Below, in pieces: positions 36,410 through 46,118 of a stretch of DNA of 64,000 bases. The position numbers and the translations under genes were made by a program. The notes under the pieces are model-generated. The model had not been told where the DNA came from and did no database searches. It worked only from the letters and a program-made list of their open reading frames with translations. The stretch comes from a virus (lineage: Duplodnaviria; Caudoviricetes). The stretch lies in IMG/VR virus record IMGVR_UViG_3300031998_000045, positions 1 through 64,000 of that record, one strand, 5' to 3'. Positions within the stretch are counted from its first letter, which is position 1. Every line of letters begins with the position of its first letter.

Positions 36410-37959
36410 TCCTGAAATGCAGCTTCTACCGGCGCATAGCGCTCAGAAGAGAGCTGGTCAACCAGCGCTTCAAACGGGTCGAGCTTGCTGGACAGAGCCA
36501 TCTTCAAGACTGAAGGCGAGAAGCCAGACACAAGTGTGCATCCGTTCTCCATCTGCTGGACAGGGATGACCGTCCTAGAGTTTGCGCTGATGTTCCACCA
36601 CGCCATCTTCGGCACAATGTATCCAGCGTTCTTGTACATCTCGGCAATCTCCCGCATCAGAGTCTTGTCTTCTCCCCAGTCAGTCGTGCCTTGGTCAAAG
36701 TGCATGTCACTGAGGATGAGGATTGTCGAAGGCAAGTCTTCCTGCTTGAGGTTGTTGTTCACAGCCGAGTCGAGGATGAGCTTCATCGTCTTGCGCAAGT
36801 CTGTGTTGGCACATTCAGCTTCTGCGTAAGAGAGAGCAAGCTTGTCAGCAAGAGTCTTGCAGTTGCTCATGTCAATGTACTTCGGCTTGTTGCTGAAGCT
36901 GATGTACTTGTCCTTGTACGGTCCAGAGAGCTTCTCACTGGTGTAGATGCCGAGAGAGAATGCAACATCAATTGCCTGCATTCCGCCTCCACCGACTCCA
37001 ACTGTCATCGAGCCAGAAGAGTCTACGACGCAGAGCGTCTTCCCAGTGTCAGAGGATGCATAGTCAGGAAGCGCCTTCCACATCTCCTCAAGGGCTGTGT
37101 CAGCCTTGATGTGCAGAGTCCTCCAGTCAAAGTAGTTCTGCTTTGCCGTCGTCATGTAGCTGTGGACGATGTCGCAGGGGAAAGCTGTTGAAGAGTTTAT
37201 CTTCACTCCCTCATCCCCGCGGGCCAGAGACTCAAGCCATGCCTGGCGACGGGCAGCATCATGCTTTGTGAATGCATTCTTGTACTTGATGTTGGCGAGA
37301 CTCGGCACAGCATTGTAGTCTACTTCACTCCACTTGTTTGCAGAGATTCCGACTTCAACTACCTTAGATGCTGCACGCAGCTTTGACAGAGTCTTGCGGT
37401 ACTGACGCTCAGTCATGCCGAGGTCAGCTGCAATTGTGCGTCCAAGAGCTTTTGTCTTCGGCGAGCTTGTGCAGACAGAGGGAAGCCACTTCGCAAGAAG
37501 CGAGACAGACTTGCCAGCATCTGCAGCTTCAAGGTCAGCTGTCAGCTGAGCTGCAATGATGTCAAGAGCTTTCTTCCAGAGGTCTCTCTTGAGCTCGGAC
37601 ATCCAGAGATCATCCCAGCGCCCATACTCAGGTGCCAGCTTGAGAAGCTTCTCAGCGAGCTCTGGCTTCTGACCTGCAAGCCAAGAGAAGCAGATGCGGA
37701 AGAGACGCCGCTCTCCCATTCCACCTCTCACGTCACGAGAGAAGAAGAGCCACTTCACTGCCAGAAGCGGGTCTTCAAAGTATGCTTCTGCAAACTTCTT
37801 CTCAATGGTGGTCTCATCTGCCTGCCTCAAGCTTGAGACAGAGAAATTGATGTCAAGCAGCGCTTTGCCAGTTGTGGCATGCATCACTGCTCCATTGTCA
37901 GACAGAGTCTTCTCATTCTTGAGCTCTGACTTCAATGCTTCTTCGAACTTGTCATTCAT
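36400..37959 (-). CDS. DUF2828-family protein (helical N-terminal domain plus C-terminal VWA; putatively Ro60/TROVE-like)
   Basis: TLSDNGA...LLDINF, LFFSRDVRGGMGER, EYGRWDDL, LAKWLPS, WSEVDYNAVPS, VVDSSGSM, FSNKP, NTDL, ILSDMHFD, WNI. Confidence 0.9.
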   Translation of the reverse strand: MNDKFEEALKSELKNEKTLSDNGAVMHATTGKALLDINFSVSSLRQADETTIEKKFAEAYFEDPLLAVKWLFFSRDVRGGMGERRLFRICFSWLAGQKPELAEKLLKLAPEYGRWDDLWMSELKRDLWKKALDIIAAQLTADLEAADAGKSVSLLAKWLPSVCTSSPKTKALGRTIAADLGMTERQYRKTLSKLRAASKVVEVGISANKWSEVDYNAVPSLANIKYKNAFTKHDAARRQAWLESLARGDEGVKINSSTAFPCDIVHSYMTTAKQNYFDWRTLHIKADTALEEMWKALPDYASSDTGKTLCVVDSSGSMTVGVGGGGMQAIDVAFSLGIYTSEKLSGPYKDKYISFSNKPKYIDMSNCKTLADKLALSYAEAECANTDLRKTMKLILDSAVNNNLKQEDLPSTILILSDMHFDQGTTDWGEDKTLMREIAEMYKNAGYIVPKMAWWNISANSRTVIPVQQMENGCTLVSGFSPSVLKMALSSKLDPFEALVDQLSSERYAPVEAAFQECV

Positions 37960-38011
37960 CTGCTGTTCCTTTTCTCTTTCAGTTGTTGTCCAAAAAGGCT
38001 TGTGCTTCTCT

Positions 38012-38275
38012 CTACTCTTCAATTGGAAGATAGATCTGGCAGCTGTGCACTTCAGCGCCAAACTTGTTTGTCAAGATGTTGCAGCAGAAAGTCTCTATTG
38101 CATCTTCCACTGTAGTCTTCTTGCTCTTCTTTGCTCCCTCAATGACACCGTCTGGAATGTTCAATGTCATCTCTTCAGGAAGATTGTAGATCTTTGTCTT
38201 CCCTTTTGGATTGCTCCACTTTATGTTGCACACAGTCACCTGCATGCTGTCCGTCTCATTGTCTATGTTCTGCAT
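38012..38275 (-). CDS. Hypothetical protein
   Basis: 87-aa ORF directly upstream of DUF2828. Confidence 0.55.
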   Translation of the reverse strand: MQNIDNETDSMQVTVCNIKWSNPKGKTKIYNLPEEMTLNIPDGVIEGAKKSKKTTVEDAIETFCCNILTNKFGAEVHSCQIYLPIEE

Positions 38276-38396
38276 TGTATGCTTTGTTAGAACTGCTTAG
38301 AGAATTCAAGCAATGCTCATGCATTCGCCTGCTGCTGAGTCTAAGCTTCTCAGCTAGATTATATTATATCACATTTTCAGATAGCATAAACATCTG

Positions 38397-39026
38397 TCAA
38401 TGCATTGTCTTTGGACGTAAGAAGAACAGCTTTCCGCTAGCATCTCTCTTGCATCTGAGAAGCTTCTTTGGATTTGTCCTGAACAATGCATCTAGATATC
38501 TCATCAGCTCATCATCAGAGACAATCTTGAATCCCCACTTCATGCAGCCGACATTCACATTCATTATGCCATGGTCTAAGTCTAAGCAATGCTTCCATGC
38601 ATTATGCACATGCCCACATATGACTATTGGCGAAGCAAGACAGCATTTGTCTATGCGGATGTCATAAGACGGATAGTGAGACAGAGAGACTGATGGATAC
38701 TTCTTGCTCAGAAACAGATGCATTGAGTCACATATAGACTTCACTTTGTTGTGTATGTCATGATTGCCTCTGATGTTCAAGAAGGTCGCGGACAAGTCCT
38801 TGACAAACTGGTCAGGTTTTTCACTAAGACCTTCATGTCCACGGTCATTGCCAAACTGTCCAAGATCTCCAAGATGGTATATCACATCGTCTTCTCTGGC
38901 CCACTCTCTGCAAGACCTGATGAGGGCTGCATCATGAGACTCTATAGACTTGAAAGGCCACTTCTCAAGGGACAGCAAGAGCTTAGATCCCAGATGGAAG
39001 TCGGATGTGAAGAATCGTCTGGCCAT
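38397..39026 (-). CDS. Calcineurin-like metallophosphoesterase
   Basis: FFTSDFHLG, YHLGDLG, IRGNHD, SHYP, ICGHVH. Confidence 0.9.
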   Translation of the reverse strand: MARRFFTSDFHLGSKLLLSLEKWPFKSIESHDAALIRSCREWAREDDVIYHLGDLGQFGNDRGHEGLSEKPDQFVKDLSATFLNIRGNHDIHNKVKSICDSMHLFLSKKYPSVSLSHYPSYDIRIDKCCLASPIVICGHVHNAWKHCLDLDHGIMNVNVGCMKWGFKIVSDDELMRYLDALFRTNPKKLLRCKRDASGKLFFLRPKTMH

Positions 39027-39055
39027 AGCATTAGACTATATTATACATCTTCCGC

Positions 39056-39802
39056 TTAGCTTGAATATGCATGGCTAGTCTTCATTGTAGAGACCATGTC
39101 ACATACACTTGCATCTACAAGGTTGTCGCTGAGAAGGCTGTCAACTTTCTTGAACAGCTCATGCTTCTCATCATACACGCGTTCTGCAAGCGCCTTCATG
39201 GCTTTGTCATATGCAGCTTTGAGCTTGGCTGCCTCTTGCTGTTTTTTGCTGTCTATGTCAGCTAAGCAGTCATAGATGTGGACAGCAAATTCAAACTCAA
39301 TAGGGTTGAGCTCTCTTCCAGCAAAAGCTTTCACTTTGTCGGGCGGCCAGCTCGACACATCAGCATCTGCAATGAGTGCGGCTGCCAGCAGTATGTCATC
39401 TATCAGAATAGGCTCCTCGCTATAGGGGGATATGGATTCATGCTTGGCAGCTGCTAGATCTGCTAGATCCATGTGTGGCTCCTTGTAGCCAGTGCGCCAA
39501 AGATGCTCATGCTCATACTCAATCATTGTGGTTGTGATGATGACAGCGGCAGCGGCGTCTTTTACAACGCTAGGTGGAATAACTCGGCCAGGGTGAAGAT
39601 CATATTTTATAGCTATGGTCATGTCATCTAAGTACTCAATTCTCATGACGGTAGGCCATGGCGCTATCTTCAAAAGCTTTGCCATCTCAGGCGTGGCTCT
39701 AGCCATCCGAGATGCATTCAAGAAATTGCTAGCTTTGCTCCATATGAGATGCAGGATCTTGAAGGCTTTGTAAGAATGCACATTAGTTCTGACAGTGGTC
39801 AT
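39056..39802 (-). CDS. TGLY/coiled-coil paralog family member 8 (divergent)
   Basis: VRTNVHSYKA; GRELNPIEFE followed by a coiled coil. Confidence 0.65.
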   Translation of the reverse strand: MTTVRTNVHSYKAFKILHLIWSKASNFLNASRMARATPEMAKLLKIAPWPTVMRIEYLDDMTIAIKYDLHPGRVIPPSVVKDAAAAVIITTTMIEYEHEHLWRTGYKEPHMDLADLAAAKHESISPYSEEPILIDDILLAAALIADADVSSWPPDKVKAFAGRELNPIEFEFAVHIYDCLADIDSKKQQEAAKLKAAYDKAMKALAERVYDEKHELFKKVDSLLSDNLVDASVCDMVSTMKTSHAYSS

Positions 39803-39914
39803 TGCTCTCTCCTCAAATTGCTTAGGTCCATCTGGCTAGAAAAACCCAGCTCTGAGAAGTGGCCACCACACCACACCTCAGAGCTGGGCACCGCTTTCGC
39901 TAGCCTGACACCAC

Positions 39915-41288
39915 TCAGGCCGCGAACTTCACCACCTCACCGAAGGCTTTCACATGCTCGTCGGTAGAATCTTTCGTGAGGATCCAGAGGACCGGAATGC
40001 CGGGGTCATCCTTGGCTTCCATGGTCTCGATGTAGCCGTCTGTGAATATCACCAGGGCATCCACGTCCAAGCTGTTGACCTTGATGTAGTCGAGGATCGG
40101 ACGCAGACGGGTTCCGCCGCCGCCGCAGACCTTGAAGTTCTTGTTGGGTCCCTCAAGGAAGGGGTCGTCCTGGGTGTAGTGCTGGACATCTTGGATGTCC
40201 CGGTCACATTGGATCACATCGATGTCGTAGGCCGAGAAGCTCTTGGCTATTCCCTTGACCTCCGAGAGGAACTTGACCATGTCCTCCGAGGTAGACCCCG
40301 AAGTGTCCAGGCCGATGGCGAGCTTCAAGGCGTTGCCCTCATGGGAGGGGAGGTAGGTGCCCGTGTGGACGAACCGGCGGTTGGGCTTCGACCAAGTGGT
40401 GTCGAACCCCGAGGTGCGGGTTGTGAACTGCACCAAGACCTCCTTCCAGGATATCTCAGGCTTCAGGAGGTTTTCCACCAGGCTCTTCAGGTGGCCGGGG
40501 AGAGATCCACGGGTCCTCTCAATCTGCTGGGCGGCTGCCACCGCGGCTGACCGCACCTTCTCAGATTCCCTAGGGTCCACATTGGGGGTGAAGTCCTCGT
40601 CCTCACCGATCTTGCCGTAGCGGTCAGAGTACTCTCCAGCACCAGACTCCTTGTTAAGCTCATCAGACTTGCCGATGTGCTTGTCAAACTGGCCTTTCAG
40701 CTTTTCATTAGGCTGTCCAGGCTTGGACATGCCAGACATTCCCTTGCTAGGACCAGACTGCTGTGTTCCATTGTTGCCGCCTTTGTCATCGCCACCAGGC
40801 ATCTGGCAGTTCTGCTTGGCCCCCTGGAGGAGAAGCTCATAGTATTCCTCGGCGCTCTTCTCAGCCGGGAAGCCATAGTCGGAGGGGAGGAACAGCTCTT
40901 TCGGAGGAATCAGACCGTCAGCCTTCAGGATGCCGTTGACCTCCATGTCAGCCGCAATGTTGAAGATGCTGAGGTCACGCCCCTCAATACGGAGGGGATG
41001 CATCATCACGGCGTGGTAGACCTCGTGGCCGAGGACAAACATCTGCTCCTCACGGGTCAGGCTGGAGAGGAAGGCGATGTCGAAGTAGATCGTGTGGCCG
41101 TCTGTGCAGGCCGTTGGGTTGCGGTGGTCACGGGTTGGGATCAGGTCCATCTGCATGGACACAGACCCCACAAAGGGGAACATGCGCTGGAAGTTCATGC
41201 GGGTCTCAGCGAGGATTCCGTTGGCATTCCTCTTGAGCTCCTTGAGCTCCTCGGGGGTGAGCGTATTGTTGGTGGTGTTCTTTTTCAT
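39915..41288 (-). CDS. VWA-like/DUF2201-type HExxH metallopeptidase (copy 2)
   Basis: TACTDG, LGHEVYH, GLDTSGST, GGGGT, FTDG; GC3-rich. Confidence 0.88.
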   Translation of the reverse strand: MKKNTTNNTLTPEELKELKRNANGILAETRMNFQRMFPFVGSVSMQMDLIPTRDHRNPTACTDGHTIYFDIAFLSSLTREEQMFVLGHEVYHAVMMHPLRIEGRDLSIFNIAADMEVNGILKADGLIPPKELFLPSDYGFPAEKSAEEYYELLLQGAKQNCQMPGGDDKGGNNGTQQSGPSKGMSGMSKPGQPNEKLKGQFDKHIGKSDELNKESGAGEYSDRYGKIGEDEDFTPNVDPRESEKVRSAAVAAAQQIERTRGSLPGHLKSLVENLLKPEISWKEVLVQFTTRTSGFDTTWSKPNRRFVHTGTYLPSHEGNALKLAIGLDTSGSTSEDMVKFLSEVKGIAKSFSAYDIDVIQCDRDIQDVQHYTQDDPFLEGPNKNFKVCGGGGTRLRPILDYIKVNSLDVDALVIFTDGYIETMEAKDDPGIPVLWILTKDSTDEHVKAFGEVVKFAA

Positions 41289-41414
41289 AGGTGGTGTTCC
41301 TTGGTGGTTGGTTGGGCTTGCGGTATAGATTGTATCAAAACTCAGGTGGTTCAGCCACTTAAGATCTTTGATTTAGCTAAGGTCCCTCAGATGAGGGACC
41401 TTAGCTGTCAGGCC

Positions 41415-42551
41415 TTAGGCATCCAGCGTGTACTTCTGGCTGAAGGCTTTCGAGTGGGTCTTGGCGAACTCAGCGTAGGAGGGAGACCCGGAGATGAGCT
41501 TCATGGCTTCGATTCGGCTGATCCTCCTGTTCCCCTGCATGGCGTTCTTGATGATAAGGGTTGCATAGTCCGAGGACATTTCGTTGAGGATCCTGTACAT
41601 TCCTTCGACCCTGGTCTTGTCGTCCTGGCTGTCATGGCCATTCCAGAGGAGGTAGGAGACCGCAGCTGCGAAGGCGCACTTTTCGTCAGACTTGGTGGGG
41701 ATGACCACGTTTGCCTTAGGGTTGACCAGCATCTCAAGGACGTCGTCGGTCTTCTTGTTGACCCGGTAGAACTCCATGAACTCCATGCCCACACCAGAAC
41801 CGACCAGGCCATAGACCGCTTTCCTCAGGATGTCCTCGTTGCCGGCAAACATCGGGATCACATTGGAGACCCTCTCCCAGGAGCGGGGTGAGGGCCATCC
41901 CTGCTCGAGGTTCTGGTCGTCCATCTTGAACAAGAGGCCAGGGCGGAACTTGATGAAGCCCGTGATGGCAGGATGGATGTCATTGGCCACGGCCCAGAAG
42001 CCCCAGTCCTCAGGGTTGACGTCCACCTCAAAGTGCATGAAGCGGTTTGCCAAGGCGGAGGACATGGTCTTGACCACGGCCCTGTCAATGGCCCGGTTGC
42101 CTGCGGCTATGATGTACCAGCCGTCCGGCACCTTGTAGTTGGAGTTGGAGATGCAGCGGTCCAGGACAAGCTGGTAGGCGGCCACCTGGACGTCCGGCGG
42201 GGCGGAGGTGATCTCGTCCAGGAGGATGATTCCCTTAGACCCCTTGTCCTTGGGCCAGAAGGCCGGGACGTTCCAGTTGGTGACCTTGTCCTCAATGGAA
42301 GGCAGGCCGCAGACGTCCACACGTTCGAGCTGGGCAAGGCGGACATCCACGAAGCCGATGCCAAGCTTGTTGGCGATGTTCCGGATGATCGTGGACTTGC
42401 CGACGCCAGGCGCCCCACGGAGCATGATGGCCGGGAGGCTCGAGGCCAGCTCAGGGTTTGCGATGGCCGTCTTCACCGCGGCTGTGATGATCTCGACTGC
42501 CTCGGCGGTCGTGATGGAGTTGTGGAGGTTGATGTTGGTGGTGTCGCTCAT
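41415..42551 (-). CDS. MoxR-like AAA+ ATPase (copy 2)
   Basis: GAPGVGKS, ILLDEI, AGNR, ALANRF, WPSPRSW; adjacent to VWA copy 2. Confidence 0.9.
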   Translation of the reverse strand: MSDTTNINLHNSITTAEAVEIITAAVKTAIANPELASSLPAIMLRGAPGVGKSTIIRNIANKLGIGFVDVRLAQLERVDVCGLPSIEDKVTNWNVPAFWPKDKGSKGIILLDEITSAPPDVQVAAYQLVLDRCISNSNYKVPDGWYIIAAGNRAIDRAVVKTMSSALANRFMHFEVDVNPEDWGFWAVANDIHPAITGFIKFRPGLLFKMDDQNLEQGWPSPRSWERVSNVIPMFAGNEDILRKAVYGLVGSGVGMEFMEFYRVNKKTDDVLEMLVNPKANVVIPTKSDEKCAFAAAVSYLLWNGHDSQDDKTRVEGMYRILNEMSSDYATLIIKNAMQGNRRISRIEAMKLISGSPSYAEFAKTHSKAFSQKYTLDA

Positions 42552-42626
42552 TTGCTTGGTCCTTTCGGGTTTGGGTTGGTTGGGTTTGCGGTATAGATTG
42601 TATCAAAAGACTGAGGGTTCAGCCAC

Positions 42627-43328
42627 TCAAGAATTCGCCAGGCCGTCAATTGTCGCCTCGATGGAGGCATTGAGCTCGGCGATCTTGTGAGCGGTCTCCT
42701 CGCGCAGGTCCTTGATGCGCTTCTCGTACTCGGCTTTCACTGCCTTGACCTTGGTCCAGGACTCGCGCTGGAGGCGGTCCGCTTCTGCGTTGGTGCTCTG
42801 CTCCAGGGCGGTGATCTCTTCCTTCAGGCTATTGATCATCTCGGCTGTGATGGGGTCCCTCTGGGTGCCCCGGATCTCATTCAGGAAGGCCATCGAATAC
42901 CGTGAGGCCGGTGGCGTGCGCCCCAGGAACATGTCATAGATGTAGTAGGCGTCCTTGATAGAAAAGGTTAGGGTGGTCTCCGGGTCAATCCTAAGGGTGA
43001 CCTCCAGTTCATTCTTGTGGTCCCAGGCATCATATTTGCCTTCCTTCTTGAGAGCCTCCATGATGCGCTGCTTGAAGAAGCACCCGAGTTTTTTCAAGGC
43101 AACCGAATCGCTTACGCCATCCCAGGCCGCAGCCGCACCCCATGAGTTTAGCTTCCCGCAGGCGAGGACCACCTCGCCGGAGGAGTCCATGTCGACCGTA
43201 GACTTGTTGATGCACCTTCGTGCGAAGGTATTTGCGTGGTTGTTGTTGTCCTTCTTCTGAAGAGTCAGAAGACCTTCAATGATCTTACGAGCCTTGGTTG
43301 AATAGAATCCGGTGTGGATCGTGCGCAT
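42627..43328 (-). CDS. TGLY/coiled-coil paralog family member 9
   Basis: IHTGFYS; DSSGEVVL; GTQRDPITAE followed by a coiled coil. Confidence 0.8.
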   Translation of the reverse strand: MRTIHTGFYSTKARKIIEGLLTLQKKDNNNHANTFARRCINKSTVDMDSSGEVVLACGKLNSWGAAAAWDGVSDSVALKKLGCFFKQRIMEALKKEGKYDAWDHKNELEVTLRIDPETTLTFSIKDAYYIYDMFLGRTPPASRYSMAFLNEIRGTQRDPITAEMINSLKEEITALEQSTNAEADRLQRESWTKVKAVKAEYEKRIKDLREETAHKIAELNASIEATIDGLANS

Positions 43329-43834
43329 AGTGCGCTCCTTTCATTGGTGTGGTTGGTGTTGACGGTATAGATCTTATCAAAAGATCCGTGGTTTAGCCAT
43401 TTAAGATTTTGATTTTTTTTAGATGTGTGCCGGAGGGGCACCAGGTGTATTAGCCATCTTCAACTCCTTTCGACATAGATCTTATCAAAGTTTCGGGTGT
43501 TCAGCCACTTAAGAGTGGGAATTTTTTTCACCCGCATGGACCGGCTATGGCCAAGTGGCCATGCCATGTGGTGGCTGCCACCACCACTCCCTCGCATTAT
43601 AGATCATATCAAAAACTCAATGCTTCAGCCATTTAGAAAGTCAAAATATTTTTCTTTAGAAAAGACAAAGCTCTAAATGGCTGATAAGACTGGATTTTGG
43701 TATAAGCGCATATGTCAGCTCAAATGCACATATAACAAAGATCTGCAGCTTAGCCATCTAAAGCAGAAGACATTGCAACATATGTCTAAGTCTATATAAG
43801 AAAAAATGCCGCATCTAGCCACTTAGCATATGCT

Positions 43835-44056
43835 TTAATTTGCATGCTGGCGCATTTCTATCCAGCCAGCCAATGACGCCACATCACGCATGTTCTCATA
43901 GTCTACAAGCTGCCGCATTATGCTTTCATAAGCTTTCTTGTATGAGCTTCCATATCCATGCATAGCGGTAAACCCTTGCACCATGTCATTCAGAGCAGCA
44001 CTTAGATGCCCTTTCATGATGTATATGCCTTCAACATAAGGGAACACCATAGCCAC
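43835..44056 (-). CDS. Hypothetical protein
   Basis: 73-aa ORF. Confidence 0.45.
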   Translation of the reverse strand: MAMVFPYVEGIYIMKGHLSAALNDMVQGFTAMHGYGSSYKKAYESIMRQLVDYENMRDVASLAGWIEMRQHAN

Positions 44057-44630
44057 ATGCTTTTCAGCTAGCAGACTTCCCTACTCAATGAGATCTGCTC
44101 TGCGCATCTTAGCATATGCTCTAGTGCACTTCTCCGCCTTTGACTTGAACGGCCACATAGCTCTCCACCTCATTTTGCTTGCTTTCTGCACGATGACAGC
44201 CTGCCTTTTTCAGCAAGCTCTATGCACTTCTCATAGTGGGGACATTCCCCACAGTACTCAATCTGGTCACACGCCATAGTGTCCCTCCCCTCATGCGACA
44301 GTGATGGACGGGTCATACGGGGCGGCCGAGACGACCTTCTCACCGCGGCTGCACTTGTGGTCTGCGCGGACACGGGCGTCAATGATGCCCTCCGCGGCAA
44401 TGATGACTTTGCGCGTGCCGGTGGGCGTTGCGAGTGTGACGATGTAGCGGTTCATTCTGGACTCCTTTGCTTTAGTGGTTGTTGATGAAATAGATCTTAT
44501 CAAAGCTTTTGCAGCTTAGCCACTTAAGCTCGTCTTGACGTGCAGGCATCTGCAGCGCTGTCTCTTCAGTTGGCATTTTTTCTCTCCTTTGGCACTATAG
44601 ATATTGTCAAAAGTCTATGATCTTAGCCGC

Positions 44631-44927
44631 TTAATGCTCTTTCCAATATGCTTTAGAATAGTAAGAGTTAAGCTTCTGCTCTAGCTTATCACCAATGTAC
44701 TCGGGATGGCGCGTCTGCCAGTCATTCATTGGGCATTTTTCATTGTGTGCCGGGCATCCCATGCAGTATGGACCATAGAGCAGGCAGCCTTTGCGCTTGA
44801 GGTCTTCAATCTCAAGCAGAGCAATCTCTCGCAAAGTCTCATTGTCCTTGACTCCATACTCATCTTTGGCATATGCCATCATGTCATTGATGAGCTTCTC
44901 GGTGACTGGCTGTGGTGTGTAGGTCAT
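44631..44927 (-). CDS. Hypothetical protein with CxxCP..C motif
   Basis: SD plus promoter repeat; YCMGCPAHNEKCP. Confidence 0.65.
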   Translation of the reverse strand: MTYTPQPVTEKLINDMMAYAKDEYGVKDNETLREIALLEIEDLKRKGCLLYGPYCMGCPAHNEKCPMNDWQTRHPEYIGDKLEQKLNSYYSKAYWKEH

Positions 44928-45176
44928 TGTCTTTCTCCTTGATTGACACTGTAGATCATATCAAAAACTAAATGATCTAGCCGCTTAGCGCCACATGGCA
45001 TTCACACTTTTGTTCAAAGCACGACGTGAGCTAGCCTTGTCACGCTTAGACAAGATCGTGCGTGTGGACAAATCACGACGTATCAGCACACGTGGCATGT
45101 ATGGAAGCTTCTTTCTTGACATGATGTTCTCTCCTTTACGTCATAGATCATATCAAAAGTCTGCAGCTTCAGCCAC

Positions 45177-45395
45177 TCAGCTGCCGTCAATCTCAAGCTG
45201 CTCAAGGATCATGTCTCGGTTGAACCAGACGAAGTCATTGATCTCTGTCTTAGACGGAGTCTGTCCGTCAAAGTAGTCTTCAATCAAAAGCTGAAGATCA
45301 GTCAGCTTCTCTTCATCTCTGACTTCAGCTATGGTGTCCTTAGCACCAGACCAGAAGTCAAATGTGAAGATGTCAAACTCTTCTGTGTACTTCAT
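45177..45395 (-). CDS. Conserved small phage protein
   Basis: FDFWSGAKDT...SKTEINDFVWF. Confidence 0.7.
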   Translation of the reverse strand: MKYTEEFDIFTFDFWSGAKDTIAEVRDEEKLTDLQLLIEDYFDGQTPSKTEINDFVWFNRDMILEQLEIDGS

Positions 45396-45758
45396 GATGT
45401 CTCCTCAATGGTCAGACAAGACACGTCTTTCTGCAAAGTCTTCAGCCTCATCTTTAGACGGAAATGAAGCTATGACTTTAGATCCATAATACCGCATGTC
45501 AAGCACATTCCACTCATCGCGGCCGCGCACTTTGCGCACTTTTATTGACTTTCTGTTGTCTATGAGCTCTCGGTAAGTCATTGTTGTTCCTCCTTTGTGC
45601 TATAGATTCTATCAAAAGTCTACGACTTCAGCCACTTAAGAAGCCAACTGACTTCAGCTTCTTGAACTTATGTGAACAATTTAGTCTTCTCGATCTTGTG
45701 AATGCAGACATACAGTGAAAGCACTGACAGCTTTATTATGATTTCCCTTTCTTTTCCA

Positions 45759-46058
45759 TCATGGAAGGTCTTCATTGAATTCCTTCAAGCCGTCGACGAG
45801 CCACTCCTCGAGGCTCGCCTTGAACTCCTGGCGCAGCTCCTCGATTTCGGCGGCGTCGTCCCGTTCAGTCGTGTCGATGTCCCATATCCCCGCGAGGTTG
45901 TGCACTCCGTTGAGGAGCCGGCCGGCAAAGCAGTTGACGTCGTGGATCCGGCGGCCGGAGTACCGGCGGCACCGCTCGTAGACGTTCGCTGCCCGACGGC
46001 AGAGGTCCTGCGCGTCTTGCGGCATCTTGTCGGTTATCTCGGAATAGAGGTCAGGCAT
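45759..46058 (-). CDS. Hypothetical protein
   Basis: GC-rich ORF behind a promoter repeat. Confidence 0.65.
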   Translation of the reverse strand: MPDLYSEITDKMPQDAQDLCRRAANVYERCRRYSGRRIHDVNCFAGRLLNGVHNLAGIWDIDTTERDDAAEIEELRQEFKASLEEWLVDGLKEFNEDLP

Positions 46059-46118
46059 CTTCTTCTCTTCTTTGCATCATAGATTGTATCAAAGACCAAG
46101 CAGCTCAGCCACTCAACT

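Noticed and set aside
40677-41891. Long + strand ORFs such as 40677..41891, 14052..14660, 41973..42596 and 54611..55252
   Set aside because: These are antisense shadows of GC3-rich - strand genes; no SD, promoter or motifs.
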